Numbered from the stretch's first letter, positions 9,134 to 21,060 are shown. The stretch: DNA of 64,000 bases from Candidatus Marinacidobacterales bacterium (GCA_965237955.1 OZ250169.1:896001-960000), one strand, 5' to 3'. Notes: generated from the letters alone by a model not told the origin. Numbers and translations: made by a program.

Positions 9134-11164
9134 GGATCCTGCTCGATCACATGAACGAAGTTGAATGGCTCGATGTCCGCGGTGACGAGGCTGGTCCAGG
9201 TGGTGCCGTAATCCATGGTCTTGAAGACGTACGGCGTGTTGTCGCCCCGACGGTGATCGTCGAAGGTCACGAACGCCGTGCCGCCGTCGAACTTGGAGGC
9301 CTCGATGTGCGACACCCAGGAGTTCGGGCGCACGCCGCGGATCCGCTCCACCACGTTGAGCCAGGTGCGGCCGCCGTCGCGCGTCAGCTGCACGTTGCCG
9401 TCGTCGGTGCCGACCCAGAGCACCCCGCGCTCGACCGGCGACGGCGCGATGGTGAGGATGGTGGTGTGATTCTCCGCCCCGGTGTCATCGAGCGTGAGCC
9501 CGCCGGACTCGTCCTGCATCTGCTTCTCAGGGTCGTTGGTGGTGAGGTCTGGGCTGATGAGGGTCCACGTCCTTCCCATGTCCGTGCTGCGATGGACGAA
9601 CTGGCTCCCGATGTAGAGCGCTTGGTCGTGGGGGTCGATCGCCATCCCCGCGTTCCAGCTGAACCGGAGCTCGATCGCCTCGGGATGGGCCGGCACGATG
9701 GACTTGCGCTCGCCGGTTTGAAGATCGGACTGGAGGATGCGGCCGCCTTGCCTCGTGGCGTAGACGTAGCGCGGGTCGTTGGGCTCGGCGAGCACGGCGA
9801 AGCCATCACCGAATCCGATGTTCTTCCAGTCGTAGAAGCGGATGCCGCCGTTGTGCCACACGGAGCTCGGCCCGTGCCACATGTGGTTGTCCTGGAGCCC
9901 ACCCATGATGTTGAACGGCGTCGCCAGGTCCACGTTGACGTGGTAGAACTGGCCGAGCGGCAGGTTCTCGATGAAGCGCCACGAGGCGCCGCGATCGCGC
10001 GAGAGGTAGACCCCGCCGTCGTTGCCGTCGATCAGGAACTTGCCGTCGGGGCTCACCCAGAACGCGTGGTGATCCCCGTGCACCCGCCCCAAGCGGAGGA
10101 GCGGCCGAAAGAGCTTGCCGCCGTCCTCTGAGCGATCAATCGTCCCGTGCAAGTTATACACGCGGTCCTCGTTGGTGGGGTCGACCCGCACCTGCGCGTA
10201 GTAGAACGGCCGCCCGGCGATCCTTTCAGCGACATCGCTTCCGTGAACGTGGAAGGCCGTGAACGAGTCGTTCACGACCTTCCACGTGTCGCCACAGTCG
10301 TGGGAGCGCAGCATTACGCTGCGCTTGGCCTCGACCACGGCATAAACCACCTGGGGTCCCCCGCGCGAAGTCGAGCCCCATGCGGCCGAGCTCGCCCTCG
10401 GGGAGGCCTTCGTTGGGACTCAGCCGCTTCCAGCTCTCGCCGCCGTCGTACGTGACGTGGAGCCCGCTCCCCGCTCCACCCGAGCGGAAAAACCACGGCC
10501 AGCGTCGGTGATCCCACATGGCGGCGATGAGGTGATTGGGGCTCGCGGGATCCATGACGAGGTCGCCGGCACCGGTGGTCTCGTTCACGTAGAGCACCTT
10601 GTCCCAGCTCTTGCCGCCGTCGGTGGTCTTGTACACGCCCCGGTGCGGGCTCTCCTTCCAGGTGTTGCCGAGGGCGCCGACGTAGGCAAGCTCCGGATTG
10701 CTCGGGTGCAACACGATCGCGTCGATCGCGCCGCTCGACTCGAGCCCTACGTGTTGCCAGCTCTTGCCGCCGTCCAGCGACTTGTACACCCCGGTGCCGA
10801 CCCCGGCCGAGTTGCGGCGGTTGCGCTCGCCGGTGCCGATCCAAACGAGCTCGGGCGCCGCCTGGTAGATGGCGATCGCCCCCACCGAGGACGCGGGCAG
10901 GCTGTCGGTGAGCGGCGTCCAGGTCACGCCGCCGGAGGTGGACTTCCATAGACCGCCGGTGGCCGCGCCCGCGTAGATGATGTTGGGGTCGGCGTTCACG
11001 GCATCAATGGCGCTGATGCGGCCGCTCATGCCGGAGGGGCCGATGCTCCGAGCTTTCAAAACGAAAATCTCGGAGATGTCCGTCTGGGACCGCGCCGTTG
11101 ACGCCGCGGCAAGGATGGTCATGAGGAAAATCGCCAAAAGGCGGGGGGAAAGACCCGCGTGCAT
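9134..11164 (-). pseudogene. Secreted BNR/VPS10 (sortilin-like) beta-propeller glycosyl hydrolase, frameshifted near 10360 and 3'-truncated
   Basis: RSIGP..SGR, repeated S.DGG.SW Asp-boxes, GTDDGN. Split into ORFs 10226..11164 and 9100..10350; ends at the A-end. Confidence 0.85.
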
Positions 11165-11628
11165 CGTGGCTGACTCCCTGTATTGAATTTTGGTAAATTT
11201 CGTGCGTCCCCCGGGCGTTGCCGCACGGAATACTACACCATCACCGCGAGGGTCACATCACCTTGCTTGTGGCGTTCAAAAAAATCGCCGGTTAAATGTC
11301 GCCGGTTAACCATGATTCCGACTATTTGGGTCAAAAATCCAATCTCCCGAAGGCGCCGATCCATCGTTCTGAACGACGGATTCGTCAGTCGCTAGTCCCT
11401 CCAAGCTATTCTCAGATAGAAGATTAATCTGATCGAGGGTTCCGGACTGACCGTCTGGTCGGTCGGATGACATCCAAATTTTTGAACAGGAAAGGGTATC
11501 GGGCAGGGGTACGGCCATCTAACACGTTTATTTCTATGGACTTATGTGTTATTTTTCGGTGGCTGGCAGTGGAATACAACTTGCATATGTTCGCGCAGGA
11601 GTCTTACATTCACAGGAGGTAGAACTAA

Positions 11629-14628
11629 ATGTTATTTAAGGCAATTGCTCAAGGTGGACCACGACGCGCCTTGGTGGTGGTGCCGCTGGCCCTTTTACTG
11701 GCCTGCGGGGCGGCCTTCGCGCAGGAAGACACCGGAACCATCTACGGCAAGGTAACAGATGATCAAGGGCTTGCGGTACCCGGCGCTACGGTGACGGTCT
11801 CGAGTCCGGATCACATCAAGTCGGAAGTTCGAGTCACGACCGACCTGGGTACCTACCGTGTTCTGAGGCTACAGCCCTCGTCCAACTACTCGGTGCAGGT
11901 GGAGTTGGGGGGATTCGCAACCCGTAACTTTAGAGAGGTCAATGTGCATGCCGGGCAGCATATTGAAGTCAATGCGATACTGTCCCCGTCCGCGGTGCAG
12001 GAGACCGTGACCGTCATTGGAGAGACGCCACTGGTTGACGTCAAGAGTACGCAGCAGATGCGGACGCTCGAGCAGGATCGGCTCCAGAACATCCCCCTGG
12101 GGCGAGGTTATGACGATCTCCTCGTTTCGATGTCGGGCGTCCTGGATACTGAGTATGTTTTCGCTCCGAACCAAACGGTTCTCGGGAGCGACGCCCGGGG
12201 CAACCGGTACACCATCGATGGAGCGTATGCCAATGACACCACGGCAGGCTACATCTTGACGGATATCCCGATCGACATGATCGAGGAAGTCCAGGTAACG
12301 ACCGGGGGTGCAACGGCGGAGTTTGGTAATTCCAATGGCGGGGTTTTCAACTTCGTGACCAAGTCAGGAGGGAACGAGTTCTCCGGTTCAGGGTACTATT
12401 ACTACCAAGGCGAAGGCACGGAGTGGAGCAACATCACGCCTGAGCTCGAGCGGGAACTGGGGGCGAAATCGAGTATCATAAAGGACACGGACGTAGGCGG
12501 AACTTTTGGGGGACCGATCAAGAAAGATGCTGTCTGGTTCTTCGCCAATGCCCGTTACCTGGACAAAAGTTTCCTATCACCCCTCATCCCCACCCAGCCG
12601 GACGAGACCACTCAGAGACAGGGCTTCTTTAAGGTCACCGGTCAGATAGGCGACAACACCCGCGCTTTCGGCTCGGCGACGCTTCGGCAGCAAAATAGAT
12701 TTCCGTCCAACGTTACCGATTTTAGTAGGGCCGCCGACCCGCTAACCTGGGACAGCCAAATACGGAAACAGAAGATCTGGAATCTCGGTTTGACGCATCT
12801 AATCGGCACCGATACCATTGTGGACCTCAGGTGGAACCGGCAGGAAAAACAGTTTATTCACGATCAACCCAACAACCCGGACCGCATAATGGGCTTTTTT
12901 GACGTCGCTACGGGCTTGTATTCTGGGGGGTTAACCCGGCAGGTGGACCATCCGTCTTGCCGGTGTTCGTGGGGAGCGGGCGCTAATGTCTCGCACTTCC
13001 GCGAGAATGCGGCTGGCTCACACGAGCTCAAGGCCGGCTTCTACATGGATCGCCCTAACTCGAAAAAGTCCTTTTTTGTCCCCGATGGTGGGGACACCTA
13101 CCAACAGCTCTTTGACGGAGTGCCCTTTCGTGTATCCCTTCGGAACTTGCCGAGGGTTACACGCAGCGCTATTAACCGCTATGCATTCTTTTTGCAGGAC
13201 CAATGGACGATTGGAGATCGGCTCACCCTGAACCTGGGAGTGCGGTGGGAAAACACGGAAGGCTGGCTCCCCGAGACAACTACGGGTGGCGGCCGCTGGT
13301 TCCCCGAGGTCACCTTCCCGGAGACCCGCGACGCCGTCAACTGGAACACCGTCGCGCCGCGTCTTGGTGTGGTGTATGCGCTGGGTGAGGCAAAAAGGAC
13401 TTCTCTCAAGGCCTATTACGGGCGACACTACAGGTCCATGCTCACCGGGATTTTGGGTCCCCTTTCACCCTCTTCGGGAGGAAGCGAAACGTACGCATGG
13501 AACGACCTGAATGGTAACGGCACGTTCCAGGACGGTGAGCAGGGAACGCTTATCGGGAGTGGATTCGACCCTCGAAGGCTGGACCCCGAGTTTGGGAAGC
13601 GAGTGGACCGCCAACGCGACTTGACAAATTCCTACGTGGATGCGTTTCACTTCACGGTCGAGCATGAGCTGAATAACAACACGGTCGTGTCGGTGGGAGC
13701 AAGCTTCAAGCGCGACAAAAACATCATCGAGACCACTACGGTGCGGGAAAGAGGAGACCAAGAAAACCCGTTCAATGATTACCGCGAGATTCAGGTACTC
13801 AACCAGTGGGACCAAACGCCTTTCACCATCTATGCCCTGAGGCCGGAATTCTTGGGGGACCGCAGTACTTCTATCATTATGAACCCCGACTTTGCGGTTA
13901 CGGGGGGGCTTTTCCGAGACTACGACGGAGTGGAGTTTCGTGTGCAAAGGCGCTTTCGTGACGGCTGGCAACTGATGGCCTCCTACAACCTCAGCGAAAC
14001 CTATGGCAACATCGCCAATGACTACGCCGGCACCTCGTCCACCAACGTTATATACAGGAACCCCAATGCGACAATCGTCCATAATATAGGCCCGCTGGTC
14101 CTGGACGCTCCCCACCAGTTCAAGCTCCAGGGGACCTACACGCTCCCCGGCGAGGTTCTCGTGAGCGGCTTCTTCCAGGCCGTGTCCGGTTATACCCACC
14201 AGATAAAGAAACAAAGTAGCTCTCTCCGACTGGGTCAGGGAAACTACGTGGGGCAATACTTCCCGCTCTGCCCCTCCGGTAGTGCTGGCGGCGGAGCGAA
14301 AGGAGATGGCGGCGGCGGTGGCGGTTGCAGGACCGCCGAGGCAGGCGGTGTTCCCGGTATCGTGGTGGAGAGCCTCATCCAAATACCTTTACAGGCAAGG
14401 GGTACTTTTCGCCACGACTTCAGAACGAAATTAGACCTTCGAGTCGAAAAGCAGTTTCGGTTCGGGGACACCTACAGACTGGGGCTCATCGTCGATATGT
14501 TCAATGTAACCAACATCAACCGGGTTACGGCTTATCAGTCATTGTTCCTCGGCATACCCCAATTCCTGAAGCCATCGGACATCGAACTACCCCGTGTTTT
14601 GAGATTGGGAATACGCTTCAATTTTTAA
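11629..14628 (+). CDS. TonB-dependent receptor-like (Oar-type) protein with carboxypeptidase regulatory domain
   Basis: 999 aa. Signal peptide, GTIYGKVTD, VTKSGGNEFSG, QDQW...RLTLNLG.R, C-terminal G.RFNF. Confidence 0.9.
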   Translation: MLFKAIAQGGPRRALVVVPLALLLACGAAFAQEDTGTIYGKVTDDQGLAVPGATVTVSSPDHIKSEVRVTTDLGTYRVLRLQPSSNYSVQVELGGFATRNFREVNVHAGQHIEVNAILSPSAVQETVTVIGETPLVDVKSTQQMRTLEQDRLQNIPLGRGYDDLLVSMSGVLDTEYVFAPNQTVLGSDARGNRYTIDGAYANDTTAGYILTDIPIDMIEEVQVTTGGATAEFGNSNGGVFNFVTKSGGNEFSGSGYYYYQGEGTEWSNITPELERELGAKSSIIKDTDVGGTFGGPIKKDAVWFFANARYLDKSFLSPLIPTQPDETTQRQGFFKVTGQIGDNTRAFGSATLRQQNRFPSNVTDFSRAADPLTWDSQIRKQKIWNLGLTHLIGTDTIVDLRWNRQEKQFIHDQPNNPDRIMGFFDVATGLYSGGLTRQVDHPSCRCSWGAGANVSHFRENAAGSHELKAGFYMDRPNSKKSFFVPDGGDTYQQLFDGVPFRVSLRNLPRVTRSAINRYAFFLQDQWTIGDRLTLNLGVRWENTEGWLPETTTGGGRWFPEVTFPETRDAVNWNTVAPRLGVVYALGEAKRTSLKAYYGRHYRSMLTGILGPLSPSSGGSETYAWNDLNGNGTFQDGEQGTLIGSGFDPRRLDPEFGKRVDRQRDLTNSYVDAFHFTVEHELNNNTVVSVGASFKRDKNIIETTTVRERGDQENPFNDYREIQVLNQWDQTPFTIYALRPEFLGDRSTSIIMNPDFAVTGGLFRDYDGVEFRVQRRFRDGWQLMASYNLSETYGNIANDYAGTSSTNVIYRNPNATIVHNIGPLVLDAPHQFKLQGTYTLPGEVLVSGFFQAVSGYTHQIKKQSSSLRLGQGNYVGQYFPLCPSGSAGGGAKGDGGGGGGCRTAEAGGVPGIVVESLIQIPLQARGTFRHDFRTKLDLRVEKQFRFGDTYRLGLIVDMFNVTNINRVTAYQSLFLGIPQFLKPSDIELPRVLRLGIRFNF

Positions 14629-14685
14629 CCAGGGTTTCTAAGGTTGAGAAGGCGTAAGTTCTAGGTCTCGAAGGACGACACAAAC

Positions 14686-14716
14686 CGGGGCGCCAGGTTG
14701 GCGCCCCGTTTTTTTT
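14686..14716 (+). terminator. Rho-independent terminator
   Basis: cggggcgcca-ggt-tggcgccccg followed by T8. Confidence 0.9.
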
Positions 14717-14794
14717 GGTGCGCCAGGCATGGCGCTGTCAACCGTGGAGCGAAAGCGAAACGGGAAGTGACTAGGAGGTGCCCTTTGAAAAAAA

Positions 14795-16178
14795 GGGTCT
14801 ACGCGGGTTCGTGTGGGTTGAAAACGGCATTTCTGGGTAATGGCGGAAGGAATGCCGCCACGATCTTCAGCTTGAGATATCCCTCGTCACGATAGCCGTA
14901 GGCGCGTCGTTGCAGAACACGGATTTTGTTGTTGACCCCTTCAACCAGTCCGAGACTGACTTTGTTCTCAGGATGACAGTAGGAGGCGATACCATCCCAA
15001 TGGGACTCAATCATTCCGGCGAACTTCTGGTAGGGATGCAGGCGCTGCCATTTGAGGCTGTCTTTCCAACGTGTGAAAAAGGCGCGAGCCCCGCGTTCGG
15101 TGCGGTAATCCCAGAGTTGCCCGAAGGCCTCCTTCAAAACATAGGCGGTGTTCAGGCGCCGGTTGGCCTGGAGCAACTTCTTGAGTGCGCGGCGACCGTC
15201 CAGGCTCAGGTTCTCCCGCCGGGAAAGCAACGTGTAACGCTGCCCCTTGATATACGACCGGTCCTCGCCGCTGAGGCGTTTGTACTCACGGCGCCGGACC
15301 TCATCGAGAGCCTTTGACAGGTGACGCATGATATGAAACTTGTCGAAGATGATCCGCGCATTGGGTGCGTTGTTAATCACCGAGTTCCGGAAGGGCTTCC
15401 ACATATCCATGGCGGCCAGCTTGATACGGGCGCTTTTCTTCCCGCCCAGCGCCTTGAAGAACAAATCGATGTCGGTTTCTTTGCGACCCTCACCGCCCAC
15501 CCAGATGGGACGCGCCCGCTCCAGGTCGCTGACAATGACACGATAGTTATGTCCCTTGCGGATGGAGATCTCATCGATACCGATGGCCCGAGGCGCCGGC
15601 AGCCCCGCCCGCTCGACTTGCTCTTGCATGTAGAGCTTATCCAGGTCCTTCACCGTAGTGTGGTGCAGACGTTCCATCTCGGCCACCGCCTTGTTCGGCA
15701 TATCCCGGCACAGCTTGCCCACATGCGTCGCAAAGCGCTGGGTGTAGCGCGGGTTGTTCGCCAGCCAGTCCAAGTGTTCTACATGCACACCACCGCACCC
15801 ACGACAGTTGACGCGCCAACGCTCGTATTCCAGATAGATCCGCCAGCCTGCCAACGACAGGTCGCGGACCCGGCACACTTGCTTGTCATAGCGCCCCCGG
15901 CACCGATGCCCACAGTACGAGCACACGGCTGTTTTTTTCGCCTCTTGAGCTGGATGACGCGGGCGTATCGGTCACCGAATACACCGTTCAATCGGGCGCC
16001 AGCCACGAAACCTGGTAGCGCAAAAAGCGAGCGGATCGACTGGGGATTTTTCACTCGGTTAGCCTATCCTAAAAACGGATCACTTCTCAGCACCTGATGA
16101 AGTGCTGAATACCTTTTCCACACAATGAGTTACACTATTTCTCCGTCAGCATTCGCCCACAGATTTCCGCGTAGACCC
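14795..16178 (-). mobile_element. ISL3-family element; transposase 14799-16054 split at an A7 run (~15932)
   Basis: TIR GGGTCTACGCGG, 8-bp TSD GAAAAAAA on both sides. IGIDE, MDMW, DKFH, EGVNNKI motifs and zinc finger. Confidence 0.95.
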
Positions 16179-16225
16179 GAAAAAAAAGGAAGTCCTCTGG
16201 GGACCTTAATGGCAGGAACCCCTAG

Positions 16226-16350
16226 TCCCCTGGATCTTTGATTACTATACAAAGTTAGGCTTTTCGCCAGCCCATAAGATTCATAAGATTCATGCACTTA
16301 GAAGGGTTTCGGCAAGCTCTGCTTTATCTAGTTTGTTCTGATACAGGGGA
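16226..16350. mobile_element. 125-bp MITE with CTAG target duplication
   Basis: CTAG-TCCCCTGGATC...GATACAGGGGA-CTAG. Removing it restores continuous intron sequence. Confidence 0.75.
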
Positions 16351-16954
16351 CTAGCCGAACAGCAACTGCGTCACCGCGAGGTGGGGTGGGAAGGAAGCTG
16401 TAAGCAAACTCCTGGCCCGAGGAACACGAAGTGCATACGAGGCGGCTTGTAGGTGGGCGAGAGGGCCAGAAGACTCGAAGCCCAATGCCATCCGGACCGA
16501 CAGGACGTATATGCACCGGGTATATGGGAGTAAAGTCACGTGCGTATTCCAGCCATCGTGAACGCCGAATCCAGAGCAAGCTGAACAGCGAATCCGGTGA
16601 AGCCGAACGCTCATCGAAGCGATGAAGTGTTGGGTGACCTCCTTTCCACTGATTGAAAACGTGAACCTATCTTACCTGCGTGTTGTGTAGCAAGGGGCGG
16701 CAGGTCGGTGCCGGAGGGAGCGGGCGTAAGGAAAGACGCGAAGCGACCTTCCCGCTCCCGTAGGCAGCGACCTGCCGCGGCCGAACCCCGGGCGATGTGG
16801 GGCTGGTTTCGGGGGGTTGCTGGGGTATGGCCTGGCTCGAGAAGACGCTTCCTGAGGCATTCTCGCGCGTCGTTTTGGCGCCGCATCGTCTGGTACCCCG
16901 GGTTTGGCGGTTTCACCCGTTTTTATCGCATCGACGCTGTGGTCCCTCGCTCGC

Positions 16955-17713
16955 TCATGCATCGGCGTTGTCAAATGCCTTTGGCGCAGCCTTGGTCTTT
17001 CTCAGAGAAGCTCCTTTGAGAGTGATGCGGTGCGCGCTGTGGAGAATGCGATCGCAGATAGCGTCTGCCTGGTTTGGGTCGCCAATCGCTTCGTGCCACT
17101 GCTTGAGCGGAATCTGGGTCGCGATGAGTGTGGAGCCACGCTCGGCGCGGTCTTCGATGACCTCCATTAGATCCCGTCTCTCCGATTCTTTCAGCGGGTG
17201 AAGCAGCCAATCATCGATAGCCAGTAAGTCCAGCTTGGCGAGTTTCGTCAAAAGCCGGGCGTAGGAACCATCACCACGAGCGACCGCGAGCTCGTGGAGC
17301 AAGCGCGGTGCTCGCACGTAGCATCCGGTGAAGCCGCGACGACAGGCCCGCTCCACGAAGGCGCAAGCCAAGAACGATTTGCCAATCCCCGTCGGGCCGG
17401 TGATGAGCAGGTTATGGCGCTCACCGACAAAGCGGCAGTTGCCCAGGCTCAAGATCTGTTCGCGGTTTAAGCCTCGAGGCGCTTGGAAGTTCACGTTCTC
17501 CAAACATGCCGGATAGCGGAGCTTTGCCGCTCGCAGTCGTCGAGAAAGCTTACGCTGTTCGCGGGCGGTCCACTCGGCATCGACCAGGAGTCCCACACGT
17601 TCCTCGAAGCTCAGCTCCTTGTATTCGCTCGAGCTCAACTGGGTTTCGAACGCGGACACCAAGCCGAACAACTTCATGGCGTTCATCTTTTCTATCGTTT
17701 CGGGTGTCAGCAT
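16955..17713 (-). CDS. istB: IS21 helper ATPase IstB
   Basis: GPTGIGKS, LLAIDDW, ADAICDRILH. Start overlaps the istA stop. Confidence 0.92.
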   Translation of the reverse strand: MLTPETIEKMNAMKLFGLVSAFETQLSSSEYKELSFEERVGLLVDAEWTAREQRKLSRRLRAAKLRYPACLENVNFQAPRGLNREQILSLGNCRFVGERHNLLITGPTGIGKSFLACAFVERACRRGFTGCYVRAPRLLHELAVARGDGSYARLLTKLAKLDLLAIDDWLLHPLKESERRDLMEVIEDRAERGSTLIATQIPLKQWHEAIGDPNQADAICDRILHSAHRITLKGASLRKTKAAPKAFDNADA

Positions 17714-19262
17714 CGGGACTCTCCTCCTTCGTAGTGATCCGCGCCTCGGATGTTCTCGTGCTCCTCTCGCGGTTTCGCTTCGGCGTCCGATTCGAGCACC
17801 ACACGATCCAGACCAGCCGAGAGAATGTTTTTCACCGTGCGATAGCTGTAAGAGCTCAAAGCTTCCGCTCGTGCGCAAGCGGCCTCGAGACGCTCACTGC
17901 CCCAGCGGCTGCCTAGTCGCATGACTCCCAGGCAAGAGCGAAATCCCTGCTCCGGGTGAGGCCGACTCTCTAGAATCCCCGCAACCAGCCTTCCCGTGGC
18001 GCGACCTGACTGCTCCGCCCAGTGGAGCAGCCGCGACGGCGTCCACTCCAGGTGCTCCCGATGCGAACGTGGCATATGCTCCGGGTTCGTGGAGTAGTGC
18101 CCCTTTCCTTTCTTGCGGGGATGCGACGCGACGCGCTTTCCCTTGAACAGGACCTCCACCACCGAGGCCGTCACCCGTGCCTCGACTTTCTCGTGAATGA
18201 GCTGATAGGGAACGCTGTACAAGTTGTTCTCCACCTCCACGTGGTAGTCGATGTTCACTCTGCACCGCTTCCACGTCGATAACTCGTAGCTCTCCTGCGG
18301 TAGCGGTTTCAGTACGGGCCGGTCTAGCCTTTCGTACAACTCCCGCCGACTCACACCGAGCTTCTGCATCGGACGCGCATTCAGGACCTCTAACTTCTCC
18401 CAGATGGCTTCGTTCAGTTCCGCCAGGCTGAAGAACGTGCGATGACGAAGCACCGCCAGGATCCAGCGCTGCGCCACCTGCACTGCCGACTCCACCTTCG
18501 CTTTGTCTTTCGGCTTGAACACCCGAGCCGGGACCACAACCGCACCGTAATGCGTCGCCAGCTCTTCGTACGTCCGGTTGATCCCTGGCTCGTAACGGTC
18601 CACCAAATCCACGCCGCTCTTCAAGTTGTCCGGAACCCAGATCTCCGTACTGCCACCGAAGTAATCCGACATCCCCTTATGGGCCTTCGCCCACGATTCC
18701 AGCGACTGGTTCAGTGTCGCTTCGACGTAGGTGTAACTGCTCGCGCCCAACGTCCCGACGAACAGCTCCATTTCGACGAGCTCTCCCGTTTTCGGATCGA
18801 CGATGTGAGGCTTCTTCCCCGAAAATCGACGAATGTCTTCTCGCCTGCTCGATGCCGTTGACGCATCGTCGGGTTCAGCTTCTTCTTCCACTGACCGTAC
18901 AGCTCGCAATAACGGCTGTAGCCGTACGCTCCCGGCTTATTCTCCGCGTACTCCACCCACAGCTGCAGCAACGTCAGCTCTCGGTGACGCCTCAGCTCCT
19001 CGTGGATGTGGGCATAGTCCAGACCCGGCCGTGCGCCAGACGAGCCCGGCGGCGGAAACAGCCCTGCCTCCAGCTCCCCTTCGCTCAGCTCCTCCGGGAG
19101 CGGCCAGCTCAGACCACCCTTCTTCGCCTTGGCCAGGTACTCACTCACCGTTCCAACCGCCACGCGAAGTGCCTTTGCGATCATGCGGTGAGTAAAACCC
19201 AGCTCGTACTTTAACCTTAGAACCTCTCGTATTTTTCTCATCGATAACCTCTTAGCTGCCAT
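17707..19262 (-). pseudogene. istA: IS21 transposase IstA, frameshift near 18825
   Basis: MAAKRLSMRKIREVLRL...FVDF, then VPDNLKSGV, PKDKAKVE in another frame. Confidence 0.88.
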
Positions 19263-19482
19263 TTCCTAGATCGTCCTCCTTCCGGGTACGACCTAGAGTT
19301 GCCTTGAAACGTGCTATCGATGAGCGTTCGCGATGCCGGAACCGGCGTTCACGTTGCCTGGAATCCGTGTTCACCTTCCCCGGAATCGATGTTCACGATC
19401 CCCGGAATCCGTGTTCACGATGCTTTGGAATGGATGTTCACCTTCGGCTGGAATCTGCGTTCACGATGCCCCGGAATACGCA

Positions 19483-19916
19483 GTCGACCGCTTCGTACCT
19501 CTCAGTGAGCGACACCTGCGCACAGCGGTAACCGAATACGTAGTGCACTATCACACAGAACGGAACCACCAAGGTCTCGGCAACGAGCTCCTCACACCTC
19601 TGCCGGCAAGCGCGAATGACGCTGGCCCCATCGTGTCGCGAGAGCGACTTGGGGGCATTCTCAACTACTACTGCCGTGCCGCGTAGATGGTCGCCGGCGA
19701 CGGTAGCCCCTCGGCGGGCTCGACCGGCGTAGCGTGGAAACAGCTTCAGGAACACGCTTCGATATTCGCTCTCGAATAGGTGGTCATCTGCATAGTGACG
19801 ACCCGCCCGCCCAAGACGATTGTAAAGCCCACGGCCCTTGGCCCGGTCGCAAACACAGACACTAAAGTTGCTGATTTATGGCCTATTTCAAAAGGGCCGA
19901 GTTTTGGCACAGGACG
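19483..19916 (+). mobile_element. Right end of an rve-transposase element: C-terminus (to 19686), spacer, then A-end copy 7
   Basis: ERHLR...EYVVHYHTERNHQGLGN...RERLGGILNYYCRAA*, followed 230 bp later by the A-end. Confidence 0.75.
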
Positions 19917-19970
19917 GGGTGACGATCTTCTCAACATCACAATCGGGATGGAAACGCCTCGTTTACAGGC

Positions 19971-20441
19971 TCAGGACGCGAACGCCCAGAATTTAACCTT
20001 CTCCGGAACGATCTTGATGAGTAGTCGTTGAGGGATGCTAGACGAGGCATACTGCGGGTACTTCTTTCTCAGGAGCTTGACCGCTGCCCGGTGCTCGCTC
20101 CCGAAGGGGCCGTTGGGGCCAATGGTGGAGGCCGACCCGCTCACGAGCACGTAGGCGAGCTCGCTCCAGTCGTGGGAGTAGGTGTCGACCACGAGCGATA
20201 CGCTGGGGTTTGCCTCGATGTTTCGAAGTCGCTGGAGCCGCCCCCAGGAGACGCTCTTCGGTTTGTCGTCGATGGGAGAGTAGAATCGGCCATCGCATAG
20301 GACAAAGCAGACCGGAACCACTGTCGGGGAGCCAGCCTCGTTGACGGTCGCTAGGCGAGCTACCGGCTGGGAGAGCAAGAGCTGTTTCGCTCTGTCCTTG
20401 AGGTTCTCTAGCATATCGACACCAAGCGCATCCGTCGTCAT
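19971..20441 (-). CDS. PPOX-class (F420/FMN-dependent) oxidoreductase
   Basis: VARLATV....P.VVPVCF, DDKPK, LQRLRNIEANP.VSL.VD.Y..DWS.L, L..KYPQY. Start may be 20414. Confidence 0.85.
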   Translation of the reverse strand: MTTDALGVDMLENLKDRAKQLLLSQPVARLATVNEAGSPTVVPVCFVLCDGRFYSPIDDKPKSVSWGRLQRLRNIEANPSVSLVVDTYSHDWSELAYVLVSGSASTIGPNGPFGSEHRAAVKLLRKKYPQYASSSIPQRLLIKIVPEKVKFWAFAS

Positions 20442-20604
20442 CTCGTCTCACAACCCGTGCGGATGAATAAATAGAAGGCACGGAGGTCCTCGCCGGCGAC
20501 CGCCAGTTCATCGCGCGCCCTCGAGAAGCGGAAGTGCCCGCCCCCTGCTGACGTGGCCGACGCGGTCGCCAAGTTGCTCGACGCGCTGAAGACCCCGGTC
20601 AAAG

Positions 20605-20752
20605 TCGTTACCGCATTCGCTCTCGACATGGTGACGACCCGTCCGCCCAAGACAATTGCAGAGCCCACGGCCCTTGGCCCAGTCGCAAACACAGACACTA
20701 AGCTGTTGATTTTATCAGCTATTTCAAAAGGGCTGAGTTTTGGCACACGACG
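20605..20752 (-). repeat. A-end copy 8 (diverged) with type-I inner sequence
   Basis: Inner sequence matches 19765-19861. Confidence 0.8.
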
Positions 20753-20857
20753 GGCTGCTACGTTTCTACCATCGGGAAGCCGCATGAGTATTTTGACCTC
20801 ACGAGCTTGGCGATGAGCGATTGAGTTGACGAGCGCCGCCGGTATCCCTTTGGACCC

Positions 20858-21060
20858 CGTCCTGTGCCAAAACTCAGCCCTTTTGAAATAGACCACAAAT
20901 CAGCAGCTTAGACGCCCTTGGAATCCGCGCAGAATCGAGGGTATTTCGCGCCGCAGGGCTGGCTTCCGACCCCTGGGCTGCGGGTGGCGAGCGACAGGCC
21001 CACCGGCCGACCGGAGACTAATCAAGTTCGGTGCCCGCGGATGAATAAATAGAAGGCACA
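20858..21060. mobile_element. Chimeric mini-element: A-end copy 9, type-II inner piece, then B-end
   Basis: Begins CGTCCTGTGCC and ends GGATGAATAAATAGAAGGCACA. Confidence 0.75.

Larger units (their letters stand above)
14718..16540 (+). mobile_element. Group IIC intron 5' part (domain I), interrupted by ISL3 and a MITE and truncated by IS21; no RT ORF remains
   Basis: Starts GTGCGCCAGGCATGGCGC right after a terminator. Continues ...aagtcctctgggg...gcaactgcgtcaccgcgaggtggggtgggaaggaagc..., as in class C introns. Confidence 0.8.
16541..19482 (-). mobile_element. IS21-family element (istA frameshifted, istB intact)
   Basis: Ends TGCGTATTCC(A/G)G..CATCGTGAACG, with multiple 22-23-bp subterminal repeats. 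No TSD. Confidence 0.92.

Noticed and set aside
19326-19482. About seven 22-23-bp tandem GTTCAC...GGAAT units resembling a CRISPR array
   Set aside because: There are no spacers and the last unit is the IS21 terminus. They are subterminal transposase-binding repeats mirrored at 16541-16620.
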